Source: Calcarisporiella thermophila CBS 279.70
Lineage: Eukaryota > Fungi > Calcarisporiellomycota
Length of the DNA: 64,000 nt
NCBI RefSeq assembly: GCF_041956535.1
Contig: NW_027192196.1
Span: 1,047,823 to 1,111,822 of the forward strand
Direction: 5' to 3'
Shown here: in pieces, positions 34,570 through 48,513 of the stretch
How positions within the stretch are numbered: the first letter of the stretch is position 1
Layout of the letters: each line of letters starts with the position of its first letter
The notes under the pieces: model-generated
Database searches by the model: none
The model's input: the letters and a program-made list of their open reading frames with translations, nothing else
What the model was told of the DNA's origin: nothing
Program-made: the position numbers and the translations under genes

Positions 34570-37153
34570 ATGGCGATCCAGTCTAAGCCTGCGCTTGAAC
34601 GGCTTAATCGGCTTTTTGCCCAGCTCAAGCGCTCCCGTCGCACCCTGCGCAATTCTGTTCTCATTTCGGTGGCCATATATGCCATTGTGAAGGCCAGAAC
34701 CGCCATGGATACAAACAAAAAGGGGGCGCTAGATCAAAATGAAAAGACGGGAAGACGGGGCAGAAGAAAGGGATCCAAAGTTGAGGTAATCCATTCGGCC
34801 CTACCCTGCATTTTTAGAGAATGATAATGAGAAGCGGCGTGCATTGAATTCCTTGTGAATTTTTTAGGTGGACATGGTGTTCTTCAAAAGACTTGTGCGT
34901 GTATTAAAAATTGTGATTCCGGGGGTTCGATCAAAGGAATTCTGGTTGCTCATCGTCCATTCTGGATTCTTGGGTAAGTTTACAATGGAGCATTTCAGAG
35001 TATGTTCTAATTATGATGCACTCACCAACTTGTTCATCTCCAGTCCTACGTACGCTGTTGTCGGTCTATGTCGCTGCTCTTGATGGTCGTATTGTGAGTG
35101 CATTGGTAAGTCATGTTCCCCTCCCCTCTCTGCCTGTGAGCTGGAATGAAGCGAGATTGAGCCTCCACTATTGTATAGGTGCGGGTAAGAGGCAAGGAAT
35201 TCCTCAAATATCTGCTCTGGTGGATGCTAGTGGCCGTCCCCGCCACCTACACAAACAGCATGCTGACGTACATGCAGAGCAAACTCACCATTCAGTTCCG
35301 TACCCGCCTGACCGAATACATCCACGACAAATACCTCTCGGACATGACCTTCTACGCCATCGGCAACCTCGACGACCGGATCAAAAACGCAGATCAATGT
35401 ATCACGACCGACGTTCTGAAATTCTCAAGCACCCTCTCCTCCCTCTACTCCAACCTGGCCAAGCCCGTCCTCGACATGCTGATCTACAACGTGCAACTGT
35501 CGCGCAGCGTAAGCGGTGACGGAATGTTGGGCGTGAGTCTGATCATGCAGCTTTCCGCAATGCTGCTGCGGGCGTTCACCCCCGCTTTCGGCAAGATGGT
35601 CGCGGAAGAGCAGCGCCTCGAGGGCGAGTTCCGGTTCCGGCACACTCGATTGATCGAAAACGCGGAGGAGATCGCCCTCTATGGGGGCCATGCTGTCGAG
35701 AAGGATGTGCTAGACCGCAGCTACCTCGCTCTCATCCGGCATGTCAACCGAATCTTCCGCGCCCGCGTTCCCCACGGAATGCTCGAGGACTTCATCATCA
35801 AGTACTTCTTCGGGGCAATAGGGCTGGTGCTGTGTGCCATCCCGGTGTTCTCCGAGAAATCGCTGGGCGTGAAACAAGACCTGGGGAAGCGGACGCAAGG
35901 GTTCATCACAAATCGGCGAATGCTGCTGAGCTCGAGCGATGCCTACGGAAGAATCATGTACTCGTATAAGGAGATTGCCGAGCTGGCCGGATTTACAACG
36001 CGAGTAAGGACCTCGTTCCACCCAACTCCTTCCTCTTCTTCCATTGGTTAGCTTACGCTTATCCAACCTGTGATCCTCCCCTCTAGGTGTGCGACCTGTT
36101 GGACGTGTTCGACGAAGTCAAGGCGGGCCACTTTGAAAAGCGCCTCGTTAGCTCGGCCTTCGAGGAAGAAAACCAGGCCATCCTCAAGGGTCGTGGCGAG
36201 GTGATCGAGAGCGGTGAGATCGATTTCACCGACGTGCCCATTGTTTCGCCCAATGGCGACGTGCTTGTTCGGAACATGACCTTCCACGTCAAACCGGGCA
36301 TGCACCTCTTGATCATCGGCCCCAACGGCTGCGGAAAGAGTTCCATGTTCAGAATCCTCGGTGGGCTCTGGCCTCTCTACGGCGGCCGCATGCACAAACC
36401 GGCTCAAGGCGATATATTCTACATTCCACAGCGGCCCTACTTCTCCCTAGGGACCTTGAGGGACCAGTAAGTGTTAAGCTATTTGACCGTTTCGAGATGA
36501 GCCCCCCCTAATCATGTTTGACTTCAGGATCATATATCCGGACACCGTCGAGGACATGCGCGCCAAAGGGGTGACGGACGCTGATTTGCAGAAAATCTTG
36601 GATGTGGTGCAGCTGCAGAACTTTGTGGAGCGGGAAGGCGGCTGGGAACGTGAGCGTGAATGGAAGGATGCCCTGTCTGGAGGCGACAAACAAAGGGTGG
36701 GTATCGGCTTCTTTGCCTCTGCTCCTCTCTCTCTCCCCTTTCCAACCCACCCCTGCTGGGAATGTACTAACTTTTTTTTTCGTCCGGGTATAGATTGCCA
36801 TGGCACGGCTATACTACCATCGTCCCCGCTATGCGATTCTCGACGAATGCACAAGCGCGGTGAGCATGGACATTGAGCAGATCATGTACACCCACGCGAC
36901 CGAGCTTGGCATCTCCCTGCTGACGGTGTCGCATCGCCCGTCCCTCTGGAAATACCACAACTACGTGCTGCAGTACGATGGGCAGGGCGGGTATGTGTTT
37001 ACGAAGTTGGATGCGGAAAAACGCCTCGCTCTCCAGGAAGAGAAGCAGGCGATCGAGCAGAAGCTGGTGGAGGTGCCGAAGCTGCGGGCTCGCCTGGACG
37101 AGCTGAAGGCGATGGTGGCGGAGCGCGACGAAATGCTCACGATGAAGGGATAG
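34570..37153 (+). CDS. PXA2: Peroxisomal ABCD half-transporter (fatty acyl-CoA import)
   Basis: [11 protein letters not shown] motif, Walker [28 protein letters not shown]; DDRIKNADQ and YSNLAKP fit the Pxa2 type. Confidence 0.88.
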
Positions 37154-37774
37154 AGCGCTGCTGATGCAATACAATATATAAAATATATAATGTCATATAT
37201 ATATTCTTTTTTTCATTAATGTTTCTCTTGGCACATATAATGTTTAATGAGGCCCCCCTCCTCTCTCGTTCCCCTTTTCCATTGGATACTTATGTTTAGA
37301 AATAGGTTGTCTATGCACCTTGTTATGTCTGACTTGTAGAATCCACCCAAAATAAACTTCATGAAGAGAAAGCAGTGTTGCCCCGCGAGACGAGCAGGTG
37401 TCCCAGCCTCGGGCTGAACACATGCTTAATCCACGGAGAGATTTATAAGTCTTGCAAACGCTTTATTGCATATGTATATTTATATATATTTTTCTAAAAG
37501 ATGGGGCGCGTGATGTTCCGTTTGGAAATAATAGCAAGAAGTGGAAAACAAAATGGAGGGAGGAAAGAAGAGAAGGCTTTAGAATACTACAATAAGGCTG
37601 AAATGAAAAAAAAAAAAAGATGAAATAAAAAGACAGGGGAGCAAGGTTCAAGGACGTACAGAATATAATCTCACACGGTATCTACAATTAACAGGAAAGG
37701 AAAAAAAAAGAAAAAGCAGCAGTATGAAATATATATATAAAAGCACGACGGATGGAAAATGCGCACCGCGTTGC

Positions 37775-40274
37775 TTAGTCCGTAAACACATCATGGGCCA
37801 GCTGGCAGTGGACCGAATCGACGTCCAGATCTATGGCATAGCACAAGAAGACCGCGTCGATCCTAATATTTTCACAGTAAAACATATGCTTCGCAAGAGA
37901 AAAGAACTCGGGGATACTCACGTGTTCAGCACCACATCCACAAAGTACCGTGCAATATAGAACGGAACCACAGCAGCGAGCATCCCGGCCATGTAGCCGT
38001 AGGGAGATCTCACCGAATGCACCGCCACCACATACGCAGCCAACCCGGCAATAAGCGAGATCAGCACGAAGCAGATATAGAGGGTTAGTTTGGTAATCAT
38101 TTCTACACAAACGGAAGGAGATGCGGTGAGTTTTCCCCGCGGTTTCGCTATCAAAAAGTGACAAGTAGTTCACCGTAGAAGAGCCCAAAGACCAGGTTCC
38201 TCCGGAAGATCTTGGTTGAAGCACGCGCCGCAGACAGAAAACTCTCTCCGGTGATTCCCACCTGCACCGTGGCGTAGTTGTTCAGGTTCTCGGTGATGCC
38301 TTCGATGAAGGCGAGAAGGCTCTCGAGGAGGGCGAAGAAAGCGTGGGTGGGATGTCGCTGTGTAAACTGTCCATGGAAAGGAGGGTTATTAAGTCCGAAG
38401 TGGAATGGTAGCCCACATTGGGATGGTTACCCTTCGTAGATATTTGGACAAGGAACGCAGAATCTGCACCACGGCCAACACAAGCGCACCAAAGCACACA
38501 GAGCCAAACGAGGTGGTCGCGGCACGCTTGAGGGCGTTTTGCATCGGTGTTTCCTTTGCGTTTGCGTAGGCTTTTGCCTCGTGGCTATCGTCATCAGAAA
38601 ACAGGGGGGTTAGGGTCGATACATTGGGGGGAATCCTATTGAAGAGCCCTTTTACCGATGGAAGTACCAGTGGGCCACCACGCCAGACACCACCACCCTA
38701 AACATTCAAGCTTAGCTTACGGCTTACATTCATCCAGGAAAACTGGCTTACCTCTGGATGTTCTTCAACACCGAGGAGGTCCAAAAGAACATTAGAACAA
38801 AAAAGGTGGCCAAGTAAAAAACATTCGACTCGACGAGCCACCCGTCCCGATTCCCGATGTTCGTCACACGACCAACAAGGAAGAGACGGCTAAAAAAGAT
38901 CAGCCAGAGGACGGTGAACACAATTTGCATGGCGATCAGAAAAATCGTGACCAGGAGTATATCCGGGTTATCTTTGAGAATCTCGCAAGACAGCTAAGCA
39001 TTAAAGTCCCCAGGGAGGTTAACCGAGCTTTTGGTATGTTCACCATAATAACTATTTTACCTCTATTACTGCTATGGTCTTTTCAATTTGACGTCGGTTA
39101 TGATAAACCATATAACAATAGCCCGCGCCAAGTACCAGCGGTACAAAAGAGAGGAATGTGAGTCTGCGGGAACAAAAGATATCAATATCTTGATTCAGTA
39201 GGAGGGGAGGGAAGGGAAGGGAAGGGAAGGGAAGCCATACGCTATATCTTGGGGATCCTTTCCGCCTGAATCCAAAGGAGGGCCTTGGAGCGACTCGGTA
39301 AGTGCCCAAACAAACAATCCAAAGGCCACAAATGGGACAGAGACGGTAGTCGTCCATACGATTGGCTTTACAAAGGTACGTAAAAGTAATATCCACGTAA
39401 CGCCCAGCAATACAGATAGGGTCATCAGAAACGAGAGGAGGCCTGCACTATCGCGTAAAACGACAAAGGCGGTGCCCCGTGCATAATCGCCAAGAGAGTA
39501 TGACTAATGATAAGAAAGCACATCATTAAAACCAATAACAAAGGCAGAGGTGAGCGCGGCGGACATACATGAGTTGAAAAGAGAAGTACGATGCCGGCAA
39601 TGATAAATATAGTCTGACATAGGACAAAGAGGACTGCAAAAGGCAAGTCCTGGTAGCGGTGGTGGCGACGGGTAGCAGTCAATCCTGTTGATATCTATAT
39701 TCAGAGTGCGCAGAGAAAGGTGAGCAGAAATCGAATACTCCCAACCGAGAGCACACTTACTGCTGTTGTGGTGGATGGGAGCAGGCTCTCAGAGAGCTGA
39801 TCCTTGTACGATGTTGGGAAGGATTCATTAGGAGGGACGTCCATGTATATGGGCGCAGGCATATGCTACAGCAAGCAAGCAAGCAATTTAAAGAATCAGT
39901 ACCAGAAGAATCAGCGGCAAATCATCCCTTCAACCTACTTCTGACCGGCTACCAAATCCGTATCTCGATTCTGATCTTACATTCTCTCCTCTAGATCCAA
40001 ATGCCGCGCCATCGTCGTTCCCAGGCCGCGATCCCAAAAAGGGGGTGCGGTCGCGTGAATCCTGTAGTGCAATACTTTCATTCACATCGTTCATATCCCC
40101 TTCTCCCAATTCTTCTACATAGTCTTGTTGTTGGTGGTGGAATGAGGAAGAGGGCGGGCCATAAGTAAGGGCGGAAAAAAAGGCTGATGGTCTAATGGCG
40201 GATGAGGAGGGAGAAAATGAAGGAGAATGGCGATCGTTGGTCAAGAGATGCCGTTCTGCATACTCTGAAAACAT
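37775..40274 (-). CDS. Choline transporter-like (CTL/SLC44; fungal Ctl1 type) multipass membrane protein
   Basis: MFSEYA N-terminus, YQDLPFAVLF, FFWTSSVLKNIQR, TTSFGSVC, IDAVFLCYAID. Confidence 0.82.
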
Positions 40275-41170
40275 TATGTGATTTTCTTTGCGGCCAATGG
40301 ATTAATTTTTATATGTATGATAAGGATCTCTAGTGAAAATGGAGAAAGATGATGAACAAACCTGTGCAACAGGTTGTGACTGTCAAGATTTCTTGTCACG
40401 AGGGGCATGGTTTTTCTTGGATTCCAAAATTATCTTGATATATTTGATTTGGCATCCGCGAGATAACGGTGCTCTTTTAGCCGACTATTCCGAGCGCACT
40501 CTCTTGGGATTTGCAATATTATTGAGTTATCAAGGCCTATTGCAGAGGATGAATGAATCTTCTGAGTTGGCCATAATAAGTGTTCCTTATGGTATATGCC
40601 TAAGTTGCGTTTTAAAACATACTGATCTTTCCGGTACAATAGATAACAAAAAATAATATAACCTCAAGAACAAGAACCTCGTTATTCACTGATATTTGAT
40701 AAGCCTTTGACGACCGGTCTTGTTTTGAGAAGGGTGCTCGTGGAATAGCGGGTTATTGATTTAATACTCCCCTACCACTATAGCATAAATTATATAACAT
40801 CTATGATATACTGGTTTCGTCTGTTAGATAGATGTGGAAATCTCACCCTGGTAGAATATTAACCGATTATTCTGTGGCCAACGCATCCCGAGAAAATATA
40901 CTAGGTAGGTGCCCATAACACTGATTTCCAGAGCATTTTGCCCCGTTTTTTCTAGCCATGTTCAGCATTCCTTCACCCATTACTGCCAGGCAGCAAGAAG
41001 CAAATGAACTTGCTTATATATCGACGAACAATAAAAGAAGATTTCGTCTAATTGTTTTTCCTTTTTTTTTTTGTAATGAAATAACACTGTACAAAAGAGC
41101 AATAATAAAGTTGATAAAGGCGTGATATTAAGAAGAATATAATCCAAATAACTGAAATAACAGCAAAATA

Positions 41171-43260
41171 TTACAAAAGACCCTGCCGCTTCAGGTCCTC
41201 GTACGTCTTTTTGTTGAACACATTGCCTTCACTGTCCTCGTACTCCTCCTCGAGTTCGTCCTGGAAATCATTGGTCTTGCCCGAGCTCTTGAGTTTCTCC
41301 CACACTAGAGTAAAATAGATTGGATCAATTAGTGGACATCAAGCCTATAGAAAAGGAAACCGATCGGGGAAGGACTTACGTGCGTATGCGTCATCGATGG
41401 ATGTAATATCGTGGAACTGTCTCCAGTTTGGAATTCCTAGGCAACGCATTCCATTGACGTGTCTTGCTTCCTGGAAATGCATGTCAAAGGCCTTTCGCCC
41501 GCGGTACACGTAATTTCCACATATCTCGCAAGAATACTCCACGCCCAACCCGTGGAGCTTGTAAAGCCAGTATGGAATCGGCTTTCCGTCCCACCCAAGG
41601 GGAAGCTTGAGCGGATTGTAGATGCGGTCATCTTCGTCCTCCTGATCGGGGTCGAACTCCTCAACTTCGAGGTCTCCCTCTCCTCGCGCTTGCTCCAGGT
41701 TGCGCTCACGGTCCGTCAATGCTTGCTTGCGCTCAACGTTCGCCTTGGTGGCCTCTATCTGCTCGCCTAGAACCTCGGCGTATTTGACTAAGAGCGCTTC
41801 TAGAGCCGCAATTTCTTTCTCGCGTTGCTCGCGCTCCAGAGTAGCTTTTCGTCTCGCAAGCTCCCCTCCATCTCCATTGACGCCGTTTTCTCCCTGCTGC
41901 GATTTCATCAGATTCTCTGCCGCCTTCAAGTGTTTCTTGCTGTTCAAGTGGGCATCGTACACGGTCTGTTTTGTATATTGTTTTCTGCAAGCCACGCAGT
42001 ATAGTGCGTCTTGCGCCTCATTCTCGTCCCGTGCCCATCCGGGGGCCTCGCCCTTGGCCCATTTTTCCTCAAATTCATCGCGCACCATCCTTTGGATCCC
42101 ATGTAGGTTGGTCAATGGCTTAGCCCGCTGGAAATAGCTCTCAAGATATTCTCGGAGGGCCTGGAGGTATCTATTGCAATAAAAATAAGAGTCAGAAAAT
42201 GGCCCAAGGTGAGTAAGGGGAAAACACCCATGAGTCCAGTGAGAGATATTCACTTTTTATAATCGGAGTTCTTGTTCTCCTTTGGAATGGCCGAAAATTT
42301 GTCGAACTGATCCAGGTATTGCAAGTAATTGAGTTTTCGCACTCCCTTCAGATTCACATAAAGATCGAACACGTAGTGCAAATCCAGATAGCGCCCGTAT
42401 CCCTCTTCGCCCGAAAAAAGCCGCTCAAGTGGATCATCCTCCAGCGCAACCTGTCCCTGAGAGGGATCGGCCCCATCGGTGGCAAAATGGGACGCTTTCA
42501 TGAATTCGAGCTCCAATGGCTCTACGGTTTCGTTGGGATAGCGTCGATGGTGATGCTTAAGCGCTTTGAGTCGATNNNNNNNNNNNNNNNNNNNNNNNNN
42601 NNNNNNNNNNNNNNNNNNNNNNNNNNNNNNNNNNNNNNNNNNNNNNNNNNNNNNNNNNNNNNNNNNNNNNNNNNNNNNNNNNNNNNNNNNNNNNNNNNNN
42701 NNNNNNNNNNNNNNNNNNNNNNNNNNNNNNNNNNNNNGGATAGCGTCGATGGTGATGCTTAAGCGCTTTGAGTCGATCGTAGAATTCAGAGAGCTCCGAG
42801 CCTACAGTGATCGCGTCCATTTCTGACTTTCGCAGCCTTTGTAAAAGATATTACAGGTAAGCTACATCATTCATGATGTCCTAATTAGACAAGATGCAAG
42901 CCTACCCATCCTTGTCTTCGTATAAATTGAGCAGCGATTGATATCTCGCCCTCATGCGCTCTAGGTATTCATTAACACGATGCTCGACCGCTAATCGCTC
43001 CTTATTCTAGAGAAAATAAAATATGCAAAGAGAATGATGAAATGTTAAATTGAGCAAGAATGTAAATAAAGTGGATTGGACATACTGTTCTGGTCGGGGT
43101 CAAGTAGAGATCTACAATAGCCTGTTCAACACGCTCAATCTCCTCGTGGTAACTAATGATCAAAGGAGAAATCGAGATAGAAAAGGTCAATAAAGTGCAA
43201 TTTAGCAAAAAAAGAAGCCAGTTGCACTTACTAGCGTTGTTGTTCTAATATGCTGTCCAT
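41171..43260 (-). CDS. PRP9: Splicing factor SF3a60 / SAP61
   Basis: MDSILEQQR, FSGEEGYGRYLDL, YNPLKLPLGWDGKPIPYWLYKLHGL, CEICGN zinc finger, DLKRQGLL. Confidence 0.95.
42576..42737. other. Assembly N-gap flanked by an identical 40-bp sequence (false gap)
   Basis: ggatagcgtcgatggtgatgcttaagcgctttgagtcgat at both 42536-42575 and 42738-42777. Confidence 0.92.
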
Positions 43261-43535
43261 GATCGCAGGCAGGAGTGATTGAAAAACTAAGATGAGCTCT
43301 CACTACGGCTTCTGAGACTATTCTACCAAGCAAAAATATTGTGACGTTAACACCACGAGCAGTCACGTTTTCCTCTTTTGCATAATAGCTTCAAGGGAGT
43401 CAGAGAAAAAAATTTTCGAGGTCACCAAGATATAGGGGGATCACTCTCCCCCCGCGGAATGCATGATCCAACTTCGGTTTTCACCCCCTTTTCCCATCGT
43501 TTTAATCTTAACCCATACCCTATGAACTGGCTAAA

Positions 43536-44623
43536 ATGCGTACAATAATCTCTATACTAGTGCTGCTCCAATTTCTATCCATTACGCATGCCCATATCAT
43601 CATAGAGGTAGGGATGATGAGTAATATTTAGCTGATGTGCTCAATACTGACATGCTCTTCATGATACAAGTTCACGAACATCACACTTCAGGACCGAGAA
43701 GCTGCATTTGGCCCTCGGCTACCTTCTGAAGGCTTGCACGGAAATGTAGTCCTTCTTGCTTTTCATGATCCAGACAACGCGGATGGATGCAGGCCTTATT
43801 TGGCTGAACCTTTGGATGAGTGGATTGCAGTTGTTGAGAGGGGTCAGTGTGCATTCGTTGAAAAGGTCTGTATACTAGATTTATTTTGCACGGGAATGCT
43901 TCTTATGAGTAATATGTTTTCTCAGGTAAGAAATATGCAGCTATCGGGGGCGGTTGCAGTAATTGTGGGGGATAAAGAGCGAAATTCTCTGGTGACCATG
44001 TTTGCGGGGGGTAAGCATGGAGATGGATTGGTTTAATTCCTCTGTCACGTATATAACCCATATCGCGTTGTAGGTGATACATCGGACATTCATATTCCTT
44101 CCGTTTTCATCCCCAGCTCGCAATACATCCAACTCGTTACGTTGGAGCCTACGTTTAGCCTGGTGCGAATGATACCAAACGAGTTTATCCAGTGAGCATG
44201 ACTTTTTCTTTCACATCAGTCGCACTCGTTCGCTAACGAAACATGAATAGGCCCATGGCCGATATATTCGTCCTCGTGATCCTGTCTCCCGCAGCAGTTG
44301 CGTTTATCATCTATGCTATCTGGCAGTTGAGACAGCAGCAGCGGAAACGGTTGGAGCTTGCCCCCGTCTCGGTTGTGCGTGCTCTCCCCACCAAAACTTT
44401 TTCTCGCGAGAAATATCGCAGCAACGAGCCCGACGAATGTGTCATCTGCTTAGTTGAATACCAAGAGGGAGACGAAATACGTATCATGCCTTGCCGCCAC
44501 GAGTTTCATACCGCGTGCGTAGACATTTGGCTGACCACTTGGAAGAGGAACTGCCCGATCTGCAAATATTCATTGGGGGATGGCATGAGCGAGGAGACGC
44601 CGTTACTTGCTACAAACCCATAA
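43536..44623 (+). CDS. PA-TM-RING-H2 E3 ubiquitin ligase (RNF13/RMR-like)
   Basis: Signal peptide, AAFGP, IAVVERGQCAFVEKVRNMQ, TM helix, CVIC...CRHEFHTACVDIWL..CPIC, dileucine EETPLL. Confidence 0.9.
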
Positions 44624-46255
44624 GAAGAGACACTGGAACTCTTTTTTTTATTTGTATTATATGGTACATAGGTCATGTATCGAATCCGTGATATTACTAC
44701 TAGCTCTAGGGCTGTTGTTTTTTTTTTCTCGTGCTTGTAAAGTTTCATCTGTATCAATAACGTTAATAGGGTCTATACTCTACAATTTGCTTAAGCTATT
44801 CCGCGAGACTTTCGTACAATCAAAGGATAAGATACTGGCGAGTTGAGCGGATTGGAAAAGAACCCCACTCGTGACTTCCACTTTCTATCAGAAAGGTAGA
44901 CACAAAATGGCCAAAGCATAGGAAGATATGTTTGCAGGTACGACTGAAAGAGGATGGTGTGGTTGCGAAAGTACCAAAGAAAGGTATCAAAGCAGACGGT
45001 ATTATTCTTTAGCCTTATTTTCAGCCTCGCTCATTAATTTTCATAAAGCAAGCATCAGGTGCTTTCGACACTCTTTGCACCTTTAGCGCTGAGGTGAAGC
45101 TTGCAAAGATCATATGCTTCAAGCCAGCACTCTTCTGAATGCGCAGCCAACTTGCGCCCTCCAGGAAAACGCAGAGGGAACAGAGAGACCCTGATTGATT
45201 GTATCGCAAACTTTGTTAGGGAACAGCCGATACTCGTGTATCAGGCTTCCCGCTAAGTCAAGCCGCAGTTTCCACTTGTTCTTTCTTCCAAGGGCGTTGA
45301 GCGGAATCAGCCTCGCCGTCCCGTATTCGCATGCCTGAACCTAAGCCATCAAGCCCATTGGGCCATTCGCAGGCATATAAGCCATTTAGGTTTATATAGG
45401 GTTAACAGGGACTCGTGCAGCTAATCTGCCTCTGCTATGTTAAGAAGAGAGTATCCTCTGCATCCGGCCGGAAAGCCTGTGTCTCCCTGCACGCGGCGTG
45501 CTGGAGCGCGGGGTGGCGCTGGATCAAGGATCCATGGTCTCCAAGCGTGAGGGTCGGCTAAGCGGCACCCTAGCACAATGCGTCGTCGGCCTAATCAACT
45601 CTAAATCCTTGATTCTGAAGAGTAGAATGTGGCACAGCGCTGAGGTATAAAGATGCAAGCAGGCAGGTGCCAGAGAGAAAAGACTTTCCCTGATTCTGAA
45701 TCATTTTGTGGCAGGCGGATCCCGGATCGCAAGGAAGCAAATCAACCACGGAAATTCTAAACTATGACTGGAATGTTGAGAGAGCGGGAGAGGCGACGAT
45801 TGGCGAGGGCGAGAGGGTCGATGCCGGGCAGGAATCGGCACTGATTTGCCGGATAAGCATTTTTTCCATATAAGCTTTCGCAGTTCCGATTATGATCTCT
45901 GCGAAGGCCCAGGGGGCCGTCTGGTGGTTCAGCAGGCCCCATCCCGGCTGAATTTTCCCTGCCTCTCGTCGCAATTGAAGTCCGTTGTTTCGTTCATTAT
46001 GAGCTGCCGCCCAATCATCGCGCCGCAGCGATGATTCGAATCTGTGATTCCAAAATTATACATGAAAAGAAAAACCAAGCAATAAATAAAAAAGTCATCA
46101 TCTTCTGTACTTTGTCCATTATTAATTTCTTTTCTCTGTAAAAAGCCATTCTCCCCCCCCCCTCTCCCCTTTGCTCCCTCTAATCAAATCTCAACATTCC
46201 GCAATTCAATCTGGCCATCCTCAAGCGCAAGCGTGCCCTCACCATTCCATTTGTG

Positions 46256-48127
46256 ATGGGCAAGGGTCTTCCCGCCCCCACTAAGAAGGGAGACCCAACG
46301 GCAGCCCCTTCTCCCCAGCTGGATTCAGATAATGCTCACCTCGGGGTGCCCACAGCGCCACGGCGCCGCGCATCGGACGCCAACCTCCCACCCGTTAGCA
46401 CCGCTGCTCTATTCCAGCAACGCGTTCACCAGCATGATGATCAGCTGCAGTCGGATCTGGAAGAGGCCCCGCTCTTTGTGCTTATCACAACCTATCTGAA
46501 CTATTTTGTGCTGATTCTGTTTGGTCATGTGCGAGATATCATGGGGAAGATGTTCAAGCGGAAAAAGTACCGCCACTTAAGGCAGAGCAATGTAACTATT
46601 TATCAAGCCAAAATCTCAATCCAGGGATTGGAATGCAAATTCAATTGCTGCTCATTTTGCTCTCTAGGGATATGCGCCTTTAACTTCCGATTTCGAGTCA
46701 TTCTATACCCGGCGGTTGTACAAGCGTATCCGCGATTGCTGGAACAGGCCTACAACGGGGGTGCCGTCCCGTACGGTGACTATTCTGGAACGTGAGAGCA
46801 AGGATTTCAATGATACCTTCCGGTAATATAGACACTCATCCATGGGTCATTCTTGCCCTCCCCATATATTGACGGATTACTTCCCTCATTGACAGGCTTA
46901 CTGGGACCACTCGCGAAGTCATCAATCTTGCTTCATACAACTACCTCGGATTTGCTCAATCCCATGGACCTTGTGCGGATGATGTGGAGCAGACTGTCCT
47001 TCAATACCGTGTCGGAATCTCGAGTCCTCGCCAGGAAGTCGGCACCCTCGACATTCACCATGAGCTCGAAGATCTGGTGGCTCGTTTTACAGGCAAAGAG
47101 GCGTCCATGGTCATAAGCATGGGCTATGCCACAAACTCAACAACCCTGCCTTCTTTAGTCGGAAAGGTAACTCTCTCCCCCTTACCCAAGTTAATACCCT
47201 TCTGAGCATGCTAAAGAATATGCTCCATCTCACTCTCGTTAGGGCTGCCTAATTATCTCTGACGAACTCAACCATGCCTCTCTCGTCTATGGCGCCCGTC
47301 TCTCCGGCGCATCGATCCGCGTCTTCAAACACAATAACATGGCCGACTTACGTCAGCTCCTACGTGAGGTCATCTCTCAAGGGCAACCGCGCACACACCG
47401 TCCCTGGAAGAAGATCCTCGTGGTGGTAGAAGGCCTCTACAGCATGGAGGGCAATGTCTGCAACTTGCCCGAAATTATCAAACTCAAGAAGGAGTTCAAG
47501 TTCTATATCTATCTAGACGAGGCTCACTCTATCGGGGCATTAGGGCGCCATGGCCGTGGCGTGTGTGATCTACTCGGGGTGGATCCCGCCGACGTGGACA
47601 TTATGATGGGGACATTTACGAAGAGTTTCGGAGCCGCTGGTGGCTACATTGCGGGGGACAGGGCTCTAATCGATCGGCTAAAGCTGTACAATCACTCATG
47701 CATCTACTCGGAGCCTATGACTCCGCTCGTGTGCCAGCAGGTGCTGACGAGCATGCGCATCATTATGGGCGAGGTGGGTGGGGACGAGGGGAAACACCGC
47801 ATTTCGCAGCTGGCAGAAAACTCGCAGTTTTTCATGTCACGCCTGAAGGAGATGGGCTTCATTGTGTACGGTAACGATGGATCCCCCGTCATCCCGTTGC
47901 TGCTCTTCAACCCGGCCAAGATCCCCGCGTTTTCCCGGGAGCTCTTGAAGCGGGGAGTGGCCGTTGTGGTGGTAGGATATCCCGCGACCCCTATTATTAC
48001 GTCGCGTGCTCGGTTCTGTATCTCGGCGTCCCATACACGCAAGGATTTGGAGTTTGCCCTCGAGAAGATCAGTGAGGTGGGAGACCTGTTGATGTTGAAG
48101 ATAAGCAACCATCGCGCAAGATGCTGA
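46256..48127 (+). CDS. LCB2: Serine palmitoyltransferase subunit 2
   Basis: [27 protein letters not shown] lysine motif GTFTKSFG. Confidence 0.95.
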
Positions 48128-48513
48128 ACATTTCCACTCTAAACAAAAACCTGTTATATAAGAAAAATACTCATCTCCCTTCCACAGGAGCTATATACAC
48201 ATGACCCATTTCTTTTCTCTTTAACTCGTCTCCCTCTCCCCTTGCTAATTTAATTATTTTCTTCTTCTTCTTACCTTTTTATTGATATTCCTTGAAACTC
48301 TATGGTGTATTCCCGCTTTTCTACTTCGTTATATAATCAATAAAACCTACGATCTGAAAATAGATTGGAGGAAATTTTGCGCGGGGGAGGCAAAAACGGT
48401 GGCAACCACAGAATAAGCAGAAAAAATTCACAATGTGATCCAATTTTTTTTCCCCTTCTTACATACTTCAGAACACTAATTCCGCGACACTCTCTTATTC
48501 CTAGAGTTCTCTA

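Noticed and set aside
34570-48127. Lipid gene cluster (PXA2, CTL1, LCB2)
   Set aside because: Different pathways, interspersed with unrelated housekeeping genes
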